A stretch of DNA of 63,541 nt, filler included, from Octopus bimaculoides (taxonomy: Eukaryota), in assembly GCF_001194135.2 (NCBI RefSeq). It is 7 parts of 6 records of this genome, joined end to end, with 100 filler letters (N's around TTAATTAATTAA, not from the genome) between each part and the next. Parts side by side here need not be neighbours in the genome. Positions count along the whole stretch, not along the records: positions 48,940 to 58,954 come from NC_068989.1; positions 59,055 to 61,488 come from NW_026345776.1; positions 61,589 to 63,541 come from NC_068989.1; 4 more parts are not named here. One strand, 5' to 3'. The first letter of the stretch is position 1. Each line of letters starts with the position of its first letter. Both the position numbers and the translations under genes were made by a program. This document shows positions 52,849 to 63,541 of this stretch, one piece after another. The notes beneath the pieces are model-generated. The model saw only the letters and a program-made list of their open reading frames with translations, was not told the DNA's origin and made no database searches.

Positions 52849-54897
52849 TATTAGTAGAAGGCGGTGTCGTGTAACAAATGGCTGAATTCTCATAAACAAT
52901 AAAATAAACTGATTGCTGTTCTCGATTTCATTATTATTTTCCTTCTCACTTCCCCAACCCGGACTGGTTGTTATGATACATTCATTCAATCCAGTATGAT
53001 TTTAAATAATAGTTTAAAATGCAAGGTTACAAGCAATGCTGTCTCTAGGGAATGCACTTTAAAATAGAAGGGACTTGTAATAGAAATAAATAAATTATTA
53101 AATAAAAACCAATTAGCCTGAGAAATTGATGAAAAAAATCTAATAACGGAATATACATACATATATACATACATACATAATACACATGCATGTATATGTA
53201 TGTATGCATATTGAAGTGGTTAGGCAGTTTCACACAAATTTATATTAAAACCAGAACTTTATCATAGGTAAAAGTGAAAAAAAATATTTGCATTGTTGTC
53301 AGAATATGCAACCGGTTTCAATCGCTTTGATTCTGTTTATTTCAGTCTATTTTTGCTTTTATTCCTCTATGACTAAATCGCTATTCTAACGTGATTGAAA
53401 CCGGTAGCATGTTTTCATAAAACTATTAAAGCTTTCTAACTTGTTCCCATGATAAATTTTTCAAAGCATTTTCTTCTCTTTGTTTTTTTAATATATGCAT
53501 ATGTATGCGTGGGTAAACTCAAAGTGTGTATTTGTATTACTTGTATATACATACGTGAGTATGCAAAGTAACGCAAAACGCTGTAACATTTGTAGTGAAA
53601 ATTGTTTCATGAGGTTTTGTCAGCTATGATTTAAAAAAATACTTTGGAAGTTGCTTTAAAAGCATTTCGTTCTTGAATTTCTTCTTGGTTACAAGATTCC
53701 TCCTTACTGTAGTAATCCGATTTTGAGGATAAACATCAAAGGATTTCTGTAGCAAGCCAGCCTCTTATACCACTCTCCGACTCTTTGGTCTCTTCCACGC
53801 TACTTCTCAACTTCAGAGTCGATTATGTGTTTTACTGCCGATGTTCGTACAATTTTATTTCCTGAGCTACCATGAATCCTGGGTGAAATCTCTTCATTCC
53901 AGATCATAGACTAGAATCATTCATGATCTTCTTGAAAACGGAACCTTCTAAACGGTTTTCCTTCCTCGTGCTATATTTCCTCTGAATCGGAAACAAAGTT
54001 GTGATGTATAATGGTTCGCTCGAAGACTTTTCTAAGATGACTAAGATTTTTGCTCATCATCTTAAGTACGTGCTTTGAGGTATTTAGCTTACCTTCAAGA
54101 GCTTAGAATGAAGATTCACCGCAGAGTTTTGTTAATTAAGATGTAATTGATGAGATGCGTACTCATTCTTTTTACATGTATGCATTTACATATATATGTA
54201 TCTAACTATATATATATGTATGCGTGTATGTGTGTATGCTTGTGTGTATATATGTATGTACGTATGTGTGTGTGTGCATCTGTCAGAACGAGTGAGGGAG
54301 AAGAATACCCAACAAGTATATCAGAGAGCAGAGATGGAAAGAATTCAAAACCATTAAGGAGTTGGAGAGGTAACGTGATAAAATAATAGAGGTATAGAGA
54401 ATGAGCAAATGATATGTATGTGTGTGTGCGTGCGCGCGCGTGTTATGCATCTGTGAATATATATGTGTTGTTCAGACTGGGTAAACAAATCAGGTCCTTT
54501 GCCATACATTTATCATGCCTGTTACTCTCCCTCACCGTTGTTGAGTGCATTTATTCATACTCGTGTTTTGTATTTAATTATCAGCTCAATGTACAGAGAA
54601 GGCATTGGTTCTTGAACTCGAAATGTTATTTGTCCGATACTGTTAGGATTTTACCAATCGACCCTTTAAGAATATTGAACTCTTTTCAAATTAATTCAAT
54701 TTTTGCTCATTTGTTTTTAAATTATTACATTCCAGAACCCGAAAGGTATGTAACAAGTCTGAAATAAATGCGATGTTAGAAGCCAAAGCAATCCCGAACA
54801 TAAATAAACACACATAATTAAATGGTTAACAATGTGATTAAATACAATTACAATAATTGCGTAATTTCCTAGATAAATATAAACACACAGGTGTCCA

Positions 54898-54940
<43 letters not shown>

Positions 54941-56197
54941 ATGACAGCGTTTATTATTTGTTATTGCCATGAAGTAAAAAAAAGTATTAAATTCGAGACG
55001 TTAACAAGTTACTGGTTGGGACTAGTTTTCAAAGAAAACAAACCCGACAAACAGCACACTCACGCACTTACAAAATATAGCAGCAGCAGCAGCAATAGTA
55101 GTAGTAGTGGTAGTGAAGGTGGTAAATATAACACCCTTTTTTGATGAAAGAAAAGGTTAATTTACCAAGATTGAATCCACTCGTGTTGTTGTTGTTGATG
55201 ATGATGATGTTTAGTTGAACGAACAGCTCTGTGATCATAATCGTTCCTTTTTGTTTTCAGCCACAATCATTTTTTAAAACGGTAGAATATGAGTAACATA
55301 AAATTTGGTTGCTATCTTTAGCAAGTCGACTGACCCCTTCGGGCCTTTCCTTGAGATGTTAGTTCATCCTTTTCTCGTATTGGTAGATATTTTAACGAAG
55401 GTGTATTGTTTAGTGGTTAGAGTGCTGGGCTCACAATTTGTAAGACCGTGGGTTCAATCTCTGGACCGAGCCAGGGGTTAAGTGGGTAAAACATTTCATT
55501 TTACGTTACCTCAGTCAACTCAGTTGCGAAGAGCATTGGGGTTAACACAGTAGTATTATTCCCTTTCATGGGACTGTCACATTAAGTTGACAACATACGA
55601 CCACTTTATAGTGTTACTACTGTATAGATCTCTCTGAGAGATTGAGAAATGTATTATTTCTAATTAGATATTATAAAAATATTTTGTGAATTGTAGAAAT
55701 ATAACTAATTTATTGCACATTATGTCCTATGTTGATATCTTGCTACGTCATTAGTCTTATCCCTAGAAAGAAATGCATGAACATCACAAATTCTGCTGCA
55801 CCAAAACACCATCTATATGAATATAAAACTTCATCGGCGTAACGATGTATCTCGTATAGAGTCATGGGATGTGTTAGAAATAACAGCCAGATTAACCTTA
55901 AATCACGCCCTTCTGACTTAAGAAAAGAAGTTAATACTGGTTTATGTATTAGATACACCTAAAAATGCCGGAGACTCAAGGCTGGAACGACGTTAATCAT
56001 ATGACCGTTCGATCAGAGCTGTTATGGGTTGCACCGTCACAGCAACAACAATGGCTAAAAGTAAAAGAAGAGACAGTTATTGATCGTTGTGATTATAATG
56101 ATGATGATGATGATGGTGATGAAGCAAATGATATTTAATATATTTGTAGAACATCGTTATTTCTCTTGGTTGCTGCGGTTTTATTAGGTTACTTACC

Positions 56198-56230
<33 letters not shown>

Positions 56231-56366
56231 GTTGTTGCTCGTATTTAGATTGACAAGGTACCATACCTCTAGCGAGTGGAAAGGTTAATTACTCGAAAAC
56301 AGAAAGATGAGACCACATGCACGTGCGTAAATAGAACTCAATTCCATGTTATTAAAAGAGTAACAA

Positions 56367-56450
<84 letters not shown>

Positions 56451-57973
56451 CGTGCATGTACGTATGTATGTTTATCTATACATGTATGTGTATATGCATG
56501 TATGTATGTGTGTGTATGTATGTATGTAAATACGGAGGTTTGTATGTACGTATGTGAGCAGGTATGTATGAACGTATATATATGTGTGTGTGTGGGTGTG
56601 CCTGAATGTATGTACGTGTGAATCTATGTATGTGCCGATATCCGTACATGTCTACCAATATACGTTTTCTGGCATTCGTATACGTTTAAAACCACACGGA
56701 GCTACTCGCCAAATACAATATTATTTCATTCTCTCTCTCTCTTTCTCTCTCACTCTCTTTCCCGTCTCTCTTTCACACACATACATACATCTGTGTGTGC
56801 GGGCGAGTATAGGTATGTGTATATGTAAGTACAGAGGCACGTGACATAGTGTTTAGACTCACGACCGTCAAGACGTGAGTTCAATCCCTGGCTTGGGTGG
56901 CACGTTGTGCCTTCAAGCAAGGTACTTTATTTCACATTGCTCCAGTCTACTTTGCCGAACATGTGTACCCGTAGCTGAGTGTATATATATATATATATAT
57001 CTGTCTGTCTGTCTATCTTGTGCATATACATACGCACATATATATGTGTGTGTGTGTGTGTGTAACCCTACATTTCTGGCATATATTAAATACTTCCGTT
57101 TCTCTGCTTTTTGTAAATAAGATTTTTGTCTTTTTTTACTTATTTATTCGTTACGCAGCCACGAAATCCTTTTCACCTTCCTGGTGTTCAAAGTTTTATT
57201 TACAGATTTGATTATCATATAATTTGCAATATTTGTTGCTTTCGGACTGAAGCAGTATACCATCTGTCATTGGAATTTTCTGTCTAATCACGATGCATTG
57301 ATTAATAGATATTATTGATCCCTTACTAAAGGATCTCTATTTTCTATACAAACCTTCAAAACAAGGAAATGGAGGAAAACAACGCTAGGAGTTTAGTTCT
57401 TGATACATTGTTTGGAAAGGAAAACAAGATAATAATGGATGAAATACGTTGGTTGATAGAACTCCTAGCTTCAAATTGAATCTGGGGACTCAACAATTAT
57501 GAAATAATAGAACTAACTTGAGGAATCTTGCTATGATTTTTAGCGAGTCGAATAGCTCCATTGATTCTCCCTCGTCTGCTTTAAATCAAGAAGTTGTGCA
57601 GACGATAGTCAAAGCTGACAAAGGAAAATATTTGAATTCAGCATTTTTATTTTATTTGAAACCGAATTGACAATAGTTATTGTAAACTATATTGCAACCT
57701 TTAGGAAAGGCATGAACAACACTGCACAGGTTTTTATCTTTGATCGACCTCCTGATAAGTATTTGTTGTTTACGGCCTCTAACCTGATTGAGCAAATTCA
57801 GGGATCAACGTTGTTCTAGTTGTGACCTTCTTGTCCTTTTGTACGTAAAAAATTACATTGACCAAACAACCTCTTTAAAATGGTAGGACATGATATGACG
57901 AAGACAGGCCTGTGGTTTCTTGCAGGTCGGGAGACCACATTGAGACTCCGTTATTGGTTTATTTGATAAAAAG

Positions 57974-58032
<59 letters not shown>

Positions 58033-58180
58033 GGATAAACAATCTTTTGACGGAGCTCTAATGACAGTTAATTAAAATTGAGTTTGACATTATGATGGTG
58101 CTATTTATAACACCAAAAATACAGACTTTAATACGGCTGCCAAAAGTTGTACCAAAATGTCGATGGCATATTTTATATAT

Positions 58181-58215
<35 letters not shown>

Positions 58216-58515
58216 CATTATTATCCTATAGGCTAATGACGATTAAATTTTCGAAATGCCATCTCGAGTTGTAGATCAAATGTATACGCATCCATTTCGT
58301 TCACACGCACAAACACACACAAAATATTAGTACACAGACACAGCTATAGCTGTTTATCCAGCGTTTTGTAATGTAGTCATAGATACGCAGTATTCGAGAG
58401 TAAGACGATGAAGTCATGGGTAGAACGCCATCTCATGGTTCTGGGTCTCCTATGCACAAACTCTCATAGACTCATAGGTTTGTATTACTTGCAAATAATT
58501 TTCAGCCTCACATTC

Positions 58516-58556
<41 letters not shown>

Positions 58557-59199
58557 AAGGTGGGATCCAAGAAATTCAAAAGACTGGACGTTTTATTTCT
58601 CTCTCTTCTATCTTTTCTCTTTTCAAAGAATATATTTCTCCCAGCGTTCACTATTTTCCTCTCGTTCTAGTCTAACGACCCTTCAGGTTTGTTTTCGTTC
58701 GGTTTCCTTGTAGGTCTCCACTGTCCTGTTTTTGTTCCCAACTTTGACCTTCCATTAATCCTAAATTTTAGTTTAGAATTTATGAGAGCAACACTCTTTG
58801 AAGACTCATATTGTCGTTGAATGCTCGAAATGAGGAGTAGATAGACAGCCGACAACTGTTGAAGGGTCCTTTCTCTCTGTTTACTTGTCCAATTTTTACG
58901 CATTTCGTGTTGTTTGCACACTTGGTGACGTCCTGCACCCATATATATATATATNNNNNNNNNNNNNNNNNNNNNNNNNNNNNNNNNNNNNNNNNNNNTT
59001 AATTAATTAANNNNNNNNNNNNNNNNNNNNNNNNNNNNNNNNNNNNNNNNNNNNATATATATGTATTTATATATAATTGTATGGATATATATGTATTTAT
59101 ATATAATTGTATGGATATATATGTATATGTATATATATATGTACATATATATGTATGTATATATATATATATATATGTATACATAATAATGTTTAGTGC

Positions 59200-59742
59200 A
59201 ATAATAATATTTAGCATTTCAAAAATGTGAGTAATGAAATGCAGAATTCATCGCTTCGCTAAAATCTGCATGTGGTATGGTTTTTATCCCTTGGGTTGTT
59301 TAAATAAAATATTAGTAATATGTAGTAGATAGATGGATCCATTGGAAGGGCCCTATTATCGACTTTTTTCAACAATCTAGGTATGTCACAAGGTTTCCAG
59401 ACACGAGTTCTACTCACGTGTCAAACAAATTATAAAAGTGTTACTGTCTGCAAAAATTAGAAATTAGAAATTTTATTTGTGTGCTTAGAAAAATATTGTA
59501 CAGGTGCTATGGGTTATTTCGTTTATGTTTAAAAAAAATATATTTATATGAAGTAGATATTAAAGTCCCTTCTAGGGACCGTATTATCGATTTGTTTCAA
59601 CAATCTAGGTATGTCACGAAGTTTCCGGACATGCGTTCTACTCACGTGTCAAGTTTCATCAAAATCAATACAACGATGGAGGAGGTGTTAGCTAACAACG
59701 CCACAAACAAACACACACCGATTTTCTACATATGTACTAGAT
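59200..59742 (+). mobile_element. Possible Helitron/HINE-like non-autonomous element with an internal tandem duplication
   Basis: Duplicated unit tattatcga..ttcaacaatctaggtatgtcac...ttctactcacgtgtcaa (~59360, ~59583); ends aagtttcatcaaaatc...acaaacaaac...gtaCTAG|at. Confidence 0.4.
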
Positions 59743-59949
59743 ATATATGTATATGTATATATGTATGTGTGCATATGTGAGAGTATATAATTTGGGAGAC
59801 TCTTCTTTTCTGAGTGTATTGGATGGTATCTTTAGCTATTAGAAATAAAGTGTACAGGTGTCAACATTGATCCATGCTATTTATACAGTGGAAATATTTT
59901 CTGGAGAGACTGGTTGAATTTCAAAAGCTAATATTTTCCCTTCCATGCG

Positions 59950-60003
<54 letters not shown>

Positions 60004-60004
60004 T

Positions 60005-60076
<72 letters not shown>

Positions 60077-61588
60077 CAGGCAGACATATNNNNNNNNNNN
60101 NNNNNNNNNNNNNNNNNNNNNNNNNNNNNNNNNNNNNNNNNNNNNNNNNNNNNNNNNNNNNNNNNNNNNNNNNNNNNNNNNNNNNNNNNNNNNNNNNNNN
60201 NNNNNNNNNNNNNNNNNNNNNNNNNNNNNNNNNNNNNNNNNNNNNNNNNNNNNNNNNNNNNNNNNNNNNNNNNNNNNNNNNNNNNNNNNNNNNNNNNNNN
60301 NNNNNNNNNNNNNNNNNNNNNNNNNNNNNNNNNNNNNNNNNNNNNNNNNNNNNNNNNNNNNTATTCGACCAATCAGACAGCCAACCAGATAGATCCACAG
60401 ACAGCTACGCATATACAGATAAATACACACACACACACACACACACATGTGCTGTATGTTTCTTCTGTTTTCCATTTCTCTTTTGTCTTCACAAACGCAA
60501 ACATTGTTATACATACACCACCCAAGTTTACTTGATATATATATACTTGACATAATGATGACAGACAAAATTCATCATTATTTGAAGTGGACGAACTGAG
60601 AAGCCTCTCAATGAAATGAATTTGAATTTTCTTTACTGACTCATGTAACATTAGATGAGACAACAAACGAAGTACAATAAAAGCACACTCGTCAATATGA
60701 AGTGTTTATAAATTTAGTAATCATCATATTAAATGCTATATTTTGGAAAAGCTCTGATAACAAACAAGATTAAAGAGGCATTTGTTTTTCACAATAAATA
60801 TTGATTTATCGATTAGTTATACGGAATTTACTTATATCAATACGATATCTAATCGAGAGTAAGTACTCTGGCTCTATTTCCGTCAAGTGAATTCTTTTCA
60901 CGAAGCATTGATGAAGTTCAGTGGATCTGGTGCCTCATAGGTGTACAGAGAACTTCTATCCCACACAGTGATATTTGTGGATTTCTGTATGTGCACATAG
61001 ATTATGATGATGATGAAGATGGTGAGGAATATGCGGCTGCTGACGATGATTAGGATGATGATGGGTGTCTCTTCTCGTCGGAGTAAAACGGTTCTGTAAT
61101 TTCTTGCTGAACAACCGGCACACGTGACTTGTTTATAGTGATGAAAAATACGTGCTGTACATTAGATCACAGCCTCCATCAGAACGATACATTAGGTGTT
61201 GAGGCGATCGCGGGGCAACATGAGATGACATGTTTTGTTCCAGGCTGCAACGCACCACCCAGTCGAGGAATTGAATCCAAGATCTCTCGATCTGATGATC
61301 AGCGTACAATACTTACAGAAAATCACGATGTCCCTTTATCTTGTGTGAATATACATACGTACATACATGCATATATATACATATACGTATTGTTTTTTGT
61401 CTTTTTTTGAACTTATATATATAAGTATATATATATACACATATATATACATATATAGATATATATATATATATACATATACATATATNNNNNNNNNNNN
61501 NNNNNNNNNNNNNNNNNNNNNNNNNNNNNNNNTTAATTAATTAANNNNNNNNNNNNNNNNNNNNNNNNNNNNNNNNNNNNNNNNNNNN

Positions 61589-61631
<43 letters not shown>

Positions 61632-62169
61632 GAGAGAAATATACACAGAGGCAGATTTAAAGGGAGACCCATATTTTTTTAATATCAAAATACAAAACTA
61701 TGAAATTTTCATGTTCTACATTATATTGTTCTTCAAAATTTAATCCTCCGACCAGAAAAGGAATGAAAAACAAGCAAAAAAAAAAAAAAAAGAAAATGTC
61801 ACAATTATTGAAAGCTGGATGATTGTTATAAAGACAAGCAGTGTAGACCAGCCATCCGTAAAATGATAATATATCATTTCCCACACTTTGTAACAAACTT
61901 AAAGAATTGCAAATGGCAAGAATAAATAAATAAATATTAAGAAAAAATATTAAAGAATAAGAATAAGCTTGACAGAAATGACAAAACAAAAACAAAAAAA
62001 AAAAAAACAACAACAGCAACAACAATGACTAAAACATGAACTACCACAACAACTGAAGAAAAAAAAAAAACGAGGAGTGTTATATGAGAAGGAGGGAGGA
62101 GTATGGAGGTGATCAGAAAAACTATATAAAAAAATATATAAAAAGTTAAAACTGGCAATGATAACAATC

Positions 62170-62217
<48 letters not shown>

Positions 62218-62571
62218 GTAATGATGATGATAATGTTGGTGGTGGAGGTGAAGCCAAACCAGAAAAATGAATGAAAAAAATAAGAAACGCCTTGATCAAG
62301 GTAATGTACTCAACCTGCTACTTTGGTCAGAGCTTGGGTATGTGTATGTGTGGGTGTGTGAGTGTAAGGTGAATATTCATACATATGTTTATATATATAT
62401 ATACACACACATATATATATATATATTTATATATATAGTTCTCGTCTGGTCTCTTTTTACATTTTTAATCCTATTTCTCTTAACATCAACAGGCACTAAT
62501 GGCGAAACAAACAGCATGCTTGGAAGTTATTTCGCAAATCACAACATTGGAAGACACAGTACAGGTAAACA

Positions 62572-62648
<77 letters not shown>

Positions 62649-62700
62649 TAATATTAATAATAGTCGTAATGAAAATAATGATGATAAAAATAATAATATT

Positions 62701-62944
62701 GTGAAGTATATTTGCCACTTAAATGTGGCTGACCCCAAGGGTGGATGTTACTGTTGCTTTTAGCTCCAGGAGAACATCTCCTCCAGCTGGCTTATCGACA
62801 CACATCTGTGTCCTGTCTATTTTTGCCAAGGGACACAGATGTGTGTCGATAAGCCAGCCGGATGAGTTGTTCTCTTGGGGCTAAAAGCAACAGTAACATC
62901 CACCCTTAGGGGTCAGCCACATTTGAGTGGCAAATATACTTCAC
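62701..62944. repeat. 244-bp near-perfect foldback palindrome
   Basis: gtgaagtatatttgccact...gacacacatctgtgtcc [17-nt loop] ggacacagatgtgtgtcg...agtggcaaatatacttcac. Confidence 0.95.
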
Positions 62945-63411
62945 TTTATCGTGCAGTTACTGTTAATACCTCGTTCAGAGATTTAACAAATAATAATATT
63001 GATAACAGCAATTATGCATTTTGTGTTTAAATTTTTATTTTTTCATGATTTCATTCATTAATTAAATTGTCAGTTACCTCTATGATACCTGTAAATTTCT
63101 CTACGCTTCTTAACACTTCGGTATTTTATGTATGTCATTAGTTTTATTTTATCTCTTGTTTTTATTTTTTTATTTTAAACATTGATTGAAAACTCTAATA
63201 CAGATTATTCTAATTATTGGTTTGATGTTAATTAAATTGTGTCTTTGGTTTTGTTGTGAGTGTTTATCTTGCAATTGTTTAAATTCAATCAAACAGTTTA
63301 AAAGTATTATTACCGAAAATAAACATACATTTAATAGTATATGTTTATGTATGTAAGACTATTTGTATATATGAGTGTGTATGTCTATCTATCTATCTAT
63401 CTATCTATCTG

Positions 63412-63466
<55 letters not shown>

Positions 63467-63487
63467 CTCTGTCTGTTTGTCTGTCTG

Positions 63488-63538
<51 letters not shown>

Positions 63539-63541
63539 CTC

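Noticed and set aside
53305-53410. 17-bp inverted repeat with GAAACCGGU(A/U), hammerhead-like
   Set aside because: The core is incomplete (CUAUGA) and stem I does not pair; at most a decayed repeat.
61000-61070. Acidic DDDEDGEE-like stretch
   Set aside because: Degenerate (GAT)n microsatellite with an in-frame stop and no splice context.

Overview
Eukaryotic, AT-rich, microsatellite- and TE-dense draft scaffold with many N gaps. It is most likely an octopus (inference from the ZNF codon style and repeat families). Two real gene systems are visible. (1) A plus-strand tandem cluster of four C2H2 zinc-finger genes with no visible KRAB/SCAN/BTB domain (about 24.9-39.3 kb; 9, 12, about 14-15 and at least 5 fingers). 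It has an ETS-CRE promoter, conserved splice sites, mosaic finger sharing and several TE insertions that alter the 5' ends. (2) Seven minus-strand exons (40226-47233) that the ORF track does not join. They splice in perfect phase into an ~289-aa coiled-coil segment resembling the N-terminal part of CFAP74. The last exon ends on an open phase-1 donor facing the ZNF cluster, so the cluster may be nested antisense inside a CFAP74 intron; assembly joins flank the cluster, so this is unproven. The rest is TE debris (L1/Tx1, CR1/L2, RTE, RLE-type LINEs, Penelope, Gypsy, mariner/maT, piggyBac, SINEs, MITEs), long foldback palindromes and repeats carrying minimal hammerhead-ribozyme-like motifs with a variant core. 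All family names come from motif recognition, not database searches.
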